From: Thermoanaerobaculia bacterium
GTDB lineage: Bacteria; Acidobacteriota; Thermoanaerobaculia; Gp7-AA8
DNA: 64,000 bases
Assembly (NCBI GenBank): GCA_035636095.1
Contig: DASPZU010000069.1
Coordinates: 9,199 to 73,198 of the forward strand
Direction of reading: 5' to 3'
The translations under genes and the position numbers were made by a program. Below are positions 53,756-62,366 of this stretch, piece after piece. The notes under the pieces were generated by a model, which did not search any database, had not been told where the DNA came from, and saw only the letters and a list, made by a program, of their open reading frames with translations. Each line of letters begins with the position of its first letter. The stretch's first letter is position 1.

Positions 53756-53829
53756 AAGTCCTGAGTCCTGAGTGCTGAGTCCTGAGCACGCCCACCCACT
53801 CAGGACTCAGGACACAGGACTCAGGACTC
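53756..53829. repeat. heptamer-palindrome element family E copy 2: (TCCTGAG)x4 - CACGCCCACCC - (ACTCAGG)x4
   Basis: Direct reading. Contains dtd TGA stop. Lies in the leuS leader. Confidence 0.9.
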
Positions 53830-54258
53830 GTAGACGAACGTCACCGGCCCGTCATTTTCGAGCGAGACGATCATCATTTCGCGAAAGCGTCCGGTCTTGA
53901 CGGGAATTCCTGTGGCGCCAAGCTCGGCGACGAAGACGTCGAACATCGCGCGCGCCTTCTCCGGCTCCTCGGCATTGTCGAAGCTGGGGCGACGTCCGCG
54001 CGCCAGCGAGCCCGCCAGAGTGAATTGAGAAACAGCCAGGATCGATCCGCCGATTTCTGCGACGTCGCGATTCATCTTGCCGGCGTCGTCGCTGAAGACT
54101 CGAAGCTCGCGGATCTTGCGCGCGGCATCCCGCATGGTCTGCTCGCCATCTCCTTTCTCCACTGCCGCCAGCACCAGGAGTCCCGCGCCGATCTCCGAGA
54201 TGACTTCGGCCGCCACCGAGACGGACGCGCGCCGCACGCGCTGAATGACACATCGCAC
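53821..54258 (-). CDS. dtd: D-aminoacyl-tRNA deacylase
   Basis: MRCVIQRVRRASVSV...SQFTL..GRRPSF is canonical Dtd. Confidence 0.9.
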   Translation of the reverse strand: MRCVIQRVRRASVSVAAEVISEIGAGLLVLAAVEKGDGEQTMRDAARKIRELRVFSDDAGKMNRDVAEIGGSILAVSQFTLAGSLARGRRPSFDNAEEPEKARAMFDVFVAELGATGIPVKTGRFREMMIVSLENDGPVTFVYES

Positions 54259-54287
54259 AAATCGGATTCTATGTGCTAGGGTGAAGC

Positions 54288-54917
54288 ATGGTCCGCGGCG
54301 AGCGATTCAACAGCATTACCCACCTGGTCGGCACCGTACTGGCGCTGATCGCGACAGCGGTTGTGGTCACGCTGGCATCCCTGCGGGCCGACGCCCGTGC
54401 GGTCACGGCGGTCGCGATCTACGGCACGATGCTGGTCGTGCTCTACCTCAGCTCGACGCTCTATCACAGCCTGCGAGGCAAGGCCAAGAACGTGTTCCGG
54501 GTGTTCGATCACACCTCGATCTATCTGCTGATCGCCGGAACGTACACGCCCTTCACGCTCGTCACGCTGCGCGGTCCGCTGGGATGGACGCTGTTCGGCA
54601 TCGTCTGGACGCTCGCGATCCTCGGCGTGACGAAAGATGCCGTCTTTCACGGACGGTTCCGCGGGGTGTCGGTGACGCTCTACGTGATGATGGGTTGGCT
54701 GATCGTGCTGGCGTTCGTGCCGCTGCGTCGCGCGCTCCCGCCGGCGGGCATTGCGTGGCTCGTTGCCGGCGGCATCGTCTACACGGTCGGAATTGTTTTC
54801 TATGCGCTCGGGAAACGCGTCGCGTTCACGCACGGTGTGTGGCATCTGTTTGTGATTGGCGGCAGCGTGTGCCACTACGTCGCTGTGCTCCGATACGTGG
54901 CACTCTACACGCCGTAG
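54288..54917 (+). CDS. hemolysin-III/PAQR family membrane protein
   Basis: 7 TM helices. HSLRGKA...FDHTSIYLLIAGTYTPF...HLFV motifs. Confidence 0.85.
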   Translation: MVRGERFNSITHLVGTVLALIATAVVVTLASLRADARAVTAVAIYGTMLVVLYLSSTLYHSLRGKAKNVFRVFDHTSIYLLIAGTYTPFTLVTLRGPLGWTLFGIVWTLAILGVTKDAVFHGRFRGVSVTLYVMMGWLIVLAFVPLRRALPPAGIAWLVAGGIVYTVGIVFYALGKRVAFTHGVWHLFVIGGSVCHYVAVLRYVALYTP

Positions 54918-54967
54918 AAAAACGACGGTTGTGCGTCCGTTCGCAGTAAACTGCCACTCGGAGACTA

Positions 54968-55402
54968 ATGATGATCAACAAAGTCATTCTCGTGGGTCGC
55001 CTTGGAAAAGACCCGGAGATCCGCTCGACACCGAATGGCAGCACAGTCGCGAAGTTCACGATGGCCACGGACGAGCGCTTCACCGACAAGAGCGGAGAAA
55101 AGCAGGAACGTACCGAGTGGCATGACATCGAGGCGTGGGATCGGCTGGGAGAGATTTGCGGACAGTACCTTCGTAAGGGCAGCCTCGTGTACATCGAGGG
55201 GACACTTCGTACCGATACTTGGGACGATAAAGAGACCGGCCAAAAGCGATCCCGAAAGAAGATCGTCGCGCGCGAGATGAAAATGCTCGATAAGAAACGC
55301 GACGATAGCGGCGCTCCCAGCGGCGGCAGCTACGCCGGCGCACGCAAGGGCGGCGCCGCGACGGCGACTCAGGTCGAAGAAGAGGACGAAGTTCCGTTCT
55401 AG
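54968..55402 (+). CDS. ssb: single-stranded DNA-binding protein
   Basis: [19 protein letters not shown]...TEWH OB fold. Acidic tail EEEDEVPF. Confidence 0.93.
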   Translation: MMINKVILVGRLGKDPEIRSTPNGSTVAKFTMATDERFTDKSGEKQERTEWHDIEAWDRLGEICGQYLRKGSLVYIEGTLRTDTWDDKETGQKRSRKKIVAREMKMLDKKRDDSGAPSGGSYAGARKGGAATATQVEEEDEVPF

Positions 55403-55409
55403 TCTGCTG

Positions 55410-56633
55410 TTGACCGCTCTCCTGGTCGCGTCGATCGCGCGCGGGCAGGACATCGTCGTCGTCGACTCCGACAACTTCGCGCGCGGCTTTCATCCTCCCT
55501 CCATGGAGCAGAGCGTTTCGTGGACGGCGGCCTTCTACGACCTCTCGCATCGCGCCATCGCCCGCGCATGGGGAGATCGCGAACAGTGGGCAAGGACGAG
55601 CATCGCGCTGTTCGACGGCGCCGCCGAAATCGTCCTTGCTCTCCCGCTGAGCGACGCGTGGGTGCACGAAGAATTTCATCGCGCCGTCCTCGGCAATCGC
55701 GGTGTGGCGAGCTTCAATGATGTCTATCGCTTCCGGCCTTTTGCGGACGCGATCGCGGTCAGTCACGTCCGCGACGACAATCTCGCGCGGATGAAGCGCG
55801 AGCATCCGGCGGACCTCGTTCGCGCGCACGAGGCCGGCATCGAGGGCGAACACGCGCTGGTGCTGCGCCTGGAGCGGCAACATTTCTTCAACGGCGCAAC
55901 GTCGTGGAACGTGCCCCTGTACTGGCTGGTGAAGCTGAATTCGATCGCGTATATCGCTTCCGGAACGACCAACGAGGCCAACACCGCTACCGACAAATGG
56001 GAACGCGACGAAGGCGCCCACATGAGCCGGCGCGATTTCACCGGTCACGATTTCACGGCCTGGGTCTACGATCTTTTTCGCCCCAACGAACCCTACCCCG
56101 CTCGCGGACCCCATCCCTCCGGCGTCGGCATCCGTCGCTACATTCGCGAACGCGATCTGACTCCGGCGGAACATGACTTCTTGCATCGACAGGGACAACT
56201 CTCGCTCATCAATCTCCTCGATCCGAACTTGATCGGTTTGACGGGCACCAGCCGTTTCAACATGTCGGCCGGACACCTTCTCACTCCGTTCGGCTACTCG
56301 ATCGACGGCAATCTTTTTTTGCGGAAGCCGAGATTGTTCGTGACGCTGCACGACTACGTGAACCACGAGCGCAATTTCGTGGGCGTCGATGCGACGCTCG
56401 ACGAGCGTTATCGCGTCGCGCTGTGGCGTCAGCCCGAGCATCAGATGTTCCGCGATCGCGACGGGCGGTTGGGCGGGTTGGTGGCCGCGCGCATGCAGCG
56501 CGGCAAATGGTTCGGAGAGGTGGAGGCCAAGAGTGCCGGGTGGGTGGAGGGGAACGTTCACCTCGACCGCAGCATCACACTCCGTATCGGTCGTGCAATA
56601 CTTTCAAATGATGCCGTTCGTGGCCGAGGATGA
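55410..56633 (+). CDS. hypothetical exported protein, no recognised domain
   Basis: TTG start per ORF track. Hydrophobic N-terminus LLLTALLVASIARG. 3' end overlaps convergent DinB gene by 59 nt. Confidence 0.45.
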   Translation: MTALLVASIARGQDIVVVDSDNFARGFHPPSMEQSVSWTAAFYDLSHRAIARAWGDREQWARTSIALFDGAAEIVLALPLSDAWVHEEFHRAVLGNRGVASFNDVYRFRPFADAIAVSHVRDDNLARMKREHPADLVRAHEAGIEGEHALVLRLERQHFFNGATSWNVPLYWLVKLNSIAYIASGTTNEANTATDKWERDEGAHMSRRDFTGHDFTAWVYDLFRPNEPYPARGPHPSGVGIRRYIRERDLTPAEHDFLHRQGQLSLINLLDPNLIGLTGTSRFNMSAGHLLTPFGYSIDGNLFLRKPRLFVTLHDYVNHERNFVGVDATLDERYRVALWRQPEHQMFRDRDGRLGGLVAARMQRGKWFGEVEAKSAGWVEGNVHLDRSITLRIGRAILSNDAVRGRG

Positions 56634-57090
56634 TGTAGGCCAGGCCGAGGACATTGACCGCGACTTCATTGGCCACGCCTCTGCGCGCCCAAGCGGCGTC
56701 GGGAATTCCGCGAAGCATCGCGATGGTCGAGCGCCGCGCAGCTTCGTAGTCATCGGCGAGATCGCGAATGGAGCGGCGATCGAAGTCACCGGCCTCTCCG
56801 TATGAGTTCTCGTCGAAGCCCGGAAGCGACTTGGTCTCGCCGCGCGCGATCGCCAGCGTCCGGTAGCAGAAGATGCGCTCGGCATCGGTGAAATGGCCGA
56901 CCACCCCCTTCACGCTCCACTTTCCCGGCGCGTATTGGAAAGCAGCCTTCTCCTCGCTGATCCCGCGCAGGATGGCGGCGGTCTTCCTGGCCTGATCGAC
57001 AATCGCTTTTTGAATGTCCTCTTCCGGAACGAGATCGACATAGCGTTGATAGACCGGAGGAATTTCGGTGGCGGCAGGTCGCGTGCTCAT
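56575..57090 (-). CDS. DinB/YfiT-family (DinB_2) metal-dependent protein
   Basis: HFTDAERIF...HERHHL motifs. Start taken at MSTRPAATE. Confidence 0.7.
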   Translation of the reverse strand: MSTRPAATEIPPVYQRYVDLVPEEDIQKAIVDQARKTAAILRGISEEKAAFQYAPGKWSVKGVVGHFTDAERIFCYRTLAIARGETKSLPGFDENSYGEAGDFDRRSIRDLADDYEAARRSTIAMLRGIPDAAWARRGVANEVAVNVLGLAYIILGHERHHLKVLHDRYGV

Positions 57091-57104
57091 GACAACATCA
57101 TCGC

Positions 57105-57575
57105 ATGGTTGCGATCCGGCCTCCGGCCGGCGAAAAAGAAGCACGGCGATGCGCCGAGATGATGTGTTCCACCGAGCCGTGGATCACGATCGGCCGCAAT
57201 TTCGACGAATCGTTCGCCATCGTCAGCGATCCCACGCGCGAAGTCTATGTCGCCGAGAATGATGGCCGCATCGAGGGCTTCATCATTCTCAACATGCGCG
57301 GCGCGTTCATCGGTTACATCCAGACCGTGTGCGTCGATGCTGCGGCACGGGGCGGCGGACTCGGCACGCAGCTCGTGCAATTCGCCGAGGAGCGCATCTT
57401 CCGTGAGACGCCCAATATTTTCCTGTGCGTTTCGTCGTTCAACCCGCGCGCTCGCCAGCTTTATGAACGACTCGGATACGAGCTGATCGGCGAGTTGAAG
57501 GACTATCTGGTCCGCGACGCGTCCGAATTGTTGATGCGCAAAACCATCGGGCCGCTGCGCGAATCTCTGTGGTGA
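57105..57575 (+). CDS. GNAT family N-acetyltransferase
   Basis: VCVDAAARGGGLGTQLV acetyl-CoA-binding motif. Confidence 0.8.
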   Translation: MVAIRPPAGEKEARRCAEMMCSTEPWITIGRNFDESFAIVSDPTREVYVAENDGRIEGFIILNMRGAFIGYIQTVCVDAAARGGGLGTQLVQFAEERIFRETPNIFLCVSSFNPRARQLYERLGYELIGELKDYLVRDASELLMRKTIGPLRESLW

Positions 57576-57579
57576 CCTG

Positions 57580-59001
57580 TTAGTGTGACTCGAGGCGTTT
57601 CAGAGCTTCTTCACCATTCGTATTTTTCGGATTCAGCTCCAGCGATTTGCGGTAGTTCTTCACCGCCAGGTCCCGATCGCCATGAGCCGCATAGGCCTCA
57701 CCGAGGCTGTCGTAGACGTTCGAAGATTGCGGAAATTTCTCGACGTTGAGTTGAAAGATTTCGATGGCGTCGGCGATGCGGCCGCGCTGCAGGAGCATGT
57801 AGCCGAGGCGGTTCATCTCTGCTTCCCGGAAATCCGCCTTCGACTCCCGATAGTGCGCGACTGCCTGTTTGGCATCCGTGGTCGCGAGACTCTTCATCAA
57901 CTCATCGACGACCGACGCCCGCGCCTGCGGCGCTTCGACATCGTGGAGGATGTCGGCGATTCCGCGGCCGAGATCGTCGATCTTGTCCCCGCGCGAAGTG
58001 TTGTCGAGAAGGACGATCAGATCCTGGGTGTCGGGGAATCGAACGATGGTGGAGTTGAAGCCGTTGATGCCGCCGTCGTGTGAGATGACATTCACTTCGC
58101 TCTTGTCGTCCAGCTTCACTTTGTGGACCGCCCAGCCGAAGGCGTAGTTGTTCAGCACAGGAGTAAAAACGATCTTCTCGAGCTCAGGCGACAGCAGCTT
58201 GTCGGAGTAGAGCGCGCGATCCCATTTGTAGAGATCTTCGACCGTCGAGTAGAGCGAACCGGCAGCGAACGGAATCGTCATGTCGAGATAGGTCGCATTC
58301 TGGTAGCCGTCCGGCGTGAGGAGATATCCCGATGCGCGCCTGGGGATCACAACATCGGAGCGATCGTATCCGCTGTTCTTCATGCCGACCGGATCGAAAA
58401 TGCGTTCCTTGAGATTCTGCTCGTACGACTTTCCGGTAACGCGCTCGATGATCGCGCCGATGAGAAAATATCCGGAGTTATCGTAGGAGAACTTTGATCC
58501 AGGCTCGAACTCGAGATCGCCGCTGGTGTACTTCTTCACGAAATCAGCGACCGTGTACGGGTCTCGCGACTCATTCTTGAAGAATCCCGGCTTGCTGGTG
58601 TAGCTCGGGATTCCCGATGTGTGGCTCAGAAGGTTCCGCACCGTCACCTTCTCACCGGTGTCCTTGCGGTAATCCGGAAGATAAGTCGCGATCTTTTCGT
58701 CGAGCTTGATTTTTCCTTCGCTCACCAGCTGCATCACCACCATGGACGTGAACTGCTTCGTGATCGAGCCGATGCGGAATTTCGTGTCGGGCGTGTTCGG
58801 AATCTGCCACTCCATGTTGGCGAGTCCGTAGCCCTTGGCGAGGATGACGCTCCCTTTTTCCGCCACCAGCGCCGAGCCGTTGAACTGCCGCAATTTGTTG
58901 TAAGAGGAGATCAGCGCATCGATGCGTTCGGCACGCGTTGCGGCGAACGTTGGCAGAGCGAAGAGAAAGAGGGCTGTAACAAGCCGCGTGATTCTCGACA
59001 T
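57580..59001 (-). CDS. beta-lactamase-related serine hydrolase with C-terminal TPR
   Basis: Signal peptide. SITKQF (SxxK) motif. C-terminal TPR-like helices. Confidence 0.8.
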   Translation of the reverse strand: MSRITRLVTALFLFALPTFAATRAERIDALISSYNKLRQFNGSALVAEKGSVILAKGYGLANMEWQIPNTPDTKFRIGSITKQFTSMVVMQLVSEGKIKLDEKIATYLPDYRKDTGEKVTVRNLLSHTSGIPSYTSKPGFFKNESRDPYTVADFVKKYTSGDLEFEPGSKFSYDNSGYFLIGAIIERVTGKSYEQNLKERIFDPVGMKNSGYDRSDVVIPRRASGYLLTPDGYQNATYLDMTIPFAAGSLYSTVEDLYKWDRALYSDKLLSPELEKIVFTPVLNNYAFGWAVHKVKLDDKSEVNVISHDGGINGFNSTIVRFPDTQDLIVLLDNTSRGDKIDDLGRGIADILHDVEAPQARASVVDELMKSLATTDAKQAVAHYRESKADFREAEMNRLGYMLLQRGRIADAIEIFQLNVEKFPQSSNVYDSLGEAYAAHGDRDLAVKNYRKSLELNPKNTNGEEALKRLESH

Positions 59002-59011
59002 GGGCGAGATT

Positions 59012-61180
59012 CTAAACGGCGCGCACGACGACGAATGTTACGTCGTCGTTAGGAGGTTGCTCCCCGTGCCAGCGGCGCACCGCGTCCGCGAGTGCGGCAA
59101 TCACGCTGTTGCTGTCGCCCGCCTTTGCGGCATCGGCGAAGGCATCGGCGGCCGCTGTGTAACCGAGCTGCTGGGCGGCGGCGTTCATCAATTCGGGGAA
59201 GCCGTCGCTCATGAGCAGCAGCGTGTCGCCGGCCGCCAGATCGAGCTCGATGTCGTCGTAGGTATCGCCGAGTGTTCCCAGCGGAGTGGCGCTGTGCGCG
59301 ATTTCTTCGACGGCGCCCGTGGAGCGACGATGGATGTACGCCGGCGGCATTCCGGCCGACGCAATGGTCACGCGGCGATTCTTGAATCGCGCCAGCTGGA
59401 GTGCCATGGCCATGCGGCCGAGGTCCATGCGCCGGATTTTTTCGGTGGCGTCGTGGAGAAAATCAGCGGGCGTCTGCGCGCCGCTGTAGCCCGCAAAGAG
59501 AGCTTTGATGACCGCGACCATCGTTCCGGCGCGCGCGCCGTGGCCGGTGGCATCGCCGATGGTGATCGACAGCGTGCCGTCCGCGTCGACGTGAAAGTCG
59601 TAGTAGTCGCCGCCGACCTCAGTGGCCGTCTGCGTGAAAACCGCGATGTCATAGTCCCCAAGCCGCGGCACTTCCTTCGGCAGCATCGACAACTGGAAGC
59701 GTCGGGCTTCCTCCAGCTCCGCCGATTTGCGTTCGTACTCGATGGCCGCGCGTTCCTGCTCGACGATCCGCTCCTGCTGCAGGCTGAGGTCTTCGGCCAT
59801 GCGATTGAAGGCCGATGCTAGATGTCCGATCTCGTTTCTCGAGCGCACCGGAATGCGCGTGGTCAGGTCGCCGTGCGCGATGCGTTCCGCTCCCCCTTTG
59901 ACCAGATCGACGTCGCGCGTGATGTGGTTTGCGATGGGCATGATTCCGATCAATGCCACGAAGATGAGCGCGATGCCGTATCCGAAATTCTTCGCCGCCG
60001 TTTTGCGGAGTTCCTCCAGGTCCTCACCGAATGGACGAGCGACGCCCACCCGCAACTGACTCTGCGGATCCTGATGCAGAACCACGACCCAGTTCGGGAT
60101 GTCGTTGAGAGGCCTCCCGGTCGCGACGCGCGCCAGAACGCCGAGATTCTCCAGCGTCTTGCGGTCCTCGGGCGTCCGGATGTAGACGTTTTTCTCGCGA
60201 TCGATCGCGAACGTGATCTCGCTGCGATCCTCATTCGATGCGTCCAGGACGCGGCGGATGACTTCTTCGCCGCTGACCATGGCGTGCACTTGTCCGATCA
60301 CCGTGCCCTGATTGGTGAGCGGAACGTTGAAGCGTTGACCGAACAGCAGGTTCGCCTGTTTCTCACGCATTCTCCAATGCTGTTTCTGCTGCTCGCTGGC
60401 TTGCGCTTCCTCGACGACGTTGGCGGCCGCTTCTTCCTGTGCTTCCTGTACGGCCTGGGCGGCGTCGGCCGCCTTTTCCTGTTCTTTCTCGTTGCGATCC
60501 TGCTGCGCCTCGCGTTGGGCATCCTGGCGCCGTTTCTGACGGAGTTTCAAGTGCTCATCGCGCGCCTCGAGCGCGGCCGACAGATCCTCATTGAATTTCT
60601 TCGATGTCACTTTCATCGACTCGCTGAAGGCGGCCTGTGCGGCGTTGAGCTCCTTCTGCAGCCGATCGCGCTCTTGCGGAGTCAGCTCGTTGCGCCGCCT
60701 TCCCAGCTCGCTTCCGAGCTGGGACATTTTTTTCAGATACTCGCGCTGCTGATCGGTAAAGGTGAATCGCGGCAGTTTCGGCGCCGTCGGCATGTCGATG
60801 ACAATCGGGTGAGACGGCGGCGGTGGGACGGCCGATGCGTGTGCCGCCGGCGCGGCCGAGGCCATGGGCCGGATTTCGATCGAATCGATGAGCGATGCAG
60901 CATCGCCCATGGTCATCAGGACGTTCTTGACGATCGGAGCCTTCTGCTTCTCCGCGGCCGACAGATCCGGCAGAGCCGAGACTTCGGCCAGCCGCTGTTC
61001 GAGCACATCGCGAATGTTGCCGAGGCGGCGATCCATCTGCGCCGTCAGTCGTGCCGCTTCGGCGTGATACGCGTTCCGCAGCGCGGACCGCGAGCTGTAG
61101 TACGAATAGACCACCAGTCCGCCCAGCGGAAGCGCGGAGAGGAGAAAGAGCGCGATCACCAGGGAGGTGCGGATCTTCAT
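59012..61180 (-). CDS. membrane sensor with HAMP and PP2C/SpoIIE phosphatase domains
   Basis: N-terminal TM, long coiled-coil region, second TM, then HAMP (GDLTTRIPVRSRNEIGHLASAFNRM), then PP2C (GGDYYDF...GDATGHG...SDG). Confidence 0.85.
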   Translation of the reverse strand: MKIRTSLVIALFLLSALPLGGLVVYSYYSSRSALRNAYHAEAARLTAQMDRRLGNIRDVLEQRLAEVSALPDLSAAEKQKAPIVKNVLMTMGDAASLIDSIEIRPMASAAPAAHASAVPPPPSHPIVIDMPTAPKLPRFTFTDQQREYLKKMSQLGSELGRRRNELTPQERDRLQKELNAAQAAFSESMKVTSKKFNEDLSAALEARDEHLKLRQKRRQDAQREAQQDRNEKEQEKAADAAQAVQEAQEEAAANVVEEAQASEQQKQHWRMREKQANLLFGQRFNVPLTNQGTVIGQVHAMVSGEEVIRRVLDASNEDRSEITFAIDREKNVYIRTPEDRKTLENLGVLARVATGRPLNDIPNWVVVLHQDPQSQLRVGVARPFGEDLEELRKTAAKNFGYGIALIFVALIGIMPIANHITRDVDLVKGGAERIAHGDLTTRIPVRSRNEIGHLASAFNRMAEDLSLQQERIVEQERAAIEYERKSAELEEARRFQLSMLPKEVPRLGDYDIAVFTQTATEVGGDYYDFHVDADGTLSITIGDATGHGARAGTMVAVIKALFAGYSGAQTPADFLHDATEKIRRMDLGRMAMALQLARFKNRRVTIASAGMPPAYIHRRSTGAVEEIAHSATPLGTLGDTYDDIELDLAAGDTLLLMSDGFPELMNAAAQQLGYTAAADAFADAAKAGDSNSVIAALADAVRRWHGEQPPNDDVTFVVVRAV

Positions 61181-61223
61181 CGAGCCTCAGGTAAGACGAA
61201 AAACTACGTAGAAAGTTTGGGCA

Positions 61224-62357
61224 TCAGGTCCATTCCTCGCGTCCCGTCCGCCCGCCCCGTGGTTTTTTGCGCTGCTCCGCTTCCGAGACGTAAACCTCAT
61301 GCGGACCGCGGGTCTTCTCGAAGGCCTCGACAAAACGTTTGACCTCCTCCGCCACGGCCTCGAAACTCGTTGCCGGCGGTGCCTCGCGTCGAAAATGGTC
61401 AACATATTGACGATATTGCGCCGCCCGCTGTGCGGCTTCATTCACACGCGAGCGCAAGATGGCGTCGGTGCGCGTCCTGGCCTCCAGGAATCGATGAATG
61501 TCGGGAACGCGCTCGATGTGACTGGCGAACATCACCACATCGTTGCCGGCCAGTACGGCGCGCTCGGAGATGTCTTCGTACGATCCGAAATCGGACACCG
61601 CGTGCATCTCCATGTCATCGGTGATCGCGAGGCCCTCGAATCCGGCGACCTGGCGGAGCAGATCGAAGGCGATGCGGCGGCTCAAGGTCGCCGGAAGGTC
61701 GGGTTCATCGATCTGGGGATAGGTGCCGTGTCCGATCATGATCGCTCCCGATTCGTTGCCGAGGCGCGCATAGGGAACGAGGTCGCGCTGGACGAGCGCA
61801 TCGAGTGAGATGTCGATGACGGTTGCACCGTAATGCGGGTCGGCCGATCCGATGCCGATCCCCGGAAAATGTTTGAGGCACGAGCCGGTGCCGGCTGAAT
61901 GCAGACCGCGCATGAACGCGCCGGCGAGATCGATCACCGTTTCGGGATCGGCGCCGAAGGTTCTTCGCTCGAGTCCTTTCGGCGCCTGCGGGCCGCGCAC
62001 ATCGACCACCGGCGCGAGATCGACTTCGATGTCGAAATACCGCAGCGCGGCGCCGATGACTTTTCCCATCCATGTGGAGAGCTCCACCGACTGATTCCCT
62101 TCCCCGAACAATTCCGCGCTCGGCAACCCGGGGATGAGATGACGCAGCCGATCGACGCGTCCACCTTCTTCATCGATCATGAGCATCGGCGGCCGCTTCG
62201 CGATCGATTTCACTTCCCGGACCAGATCGGACAGCTGCTTCGGGTCGGCGATGTTGCGGCCGAACAGTACGATGGCGCAGGGCTCGACCTCTTTGATGAT
62301 GGTTTTTTCAAGATCGCTCAGAGCCTTGTCTGTCAAGCCGATGCCGAGGATGCCCAC
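61224..62357 (-). CDS. nagZ: beta-N-acetylhexosaminidase (GH3)
   Basis: IDEEGGRV...KHFPGHG-like (KHFPGIGIGSADPH) ... ITDDMEM. Confidence 0.88.
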   Translation of the reverse strand: MGILGIGLTDKALSDLEKTIIKEVEPCAIVLFGRNIADPKQLSDLVREVKSIAKRPPMLMIDEEGGRVDRLRHLIPGLPSAELFGEGNQSVELSTWMGKVIGAALRYFDIEVDLAPVVDVRGPQAPKGLERRTFGADPETVIDLAGAFMRGLHSAGTGSCLKHFPGIGIGSADPHYGATVIDISLDALVQRDLVPYARLGNESGAIMIGHGTYPQIDEPDLPATLSRRIAFDLLRQVAGFEGLAITDDMEMHAVSDFGSYEDISERAVLAGNDVVMFASHIERVPDIHRFLEARTRTDAILRSRVNEAAQRAAQYRQYVDHFRREAPPATSFEAVAEEVKRFVEAFEKTRGPHEVYVSEAEQRKKPRGGRTGREEWT

Positions 62358-62366
62358 CGAGAAATG

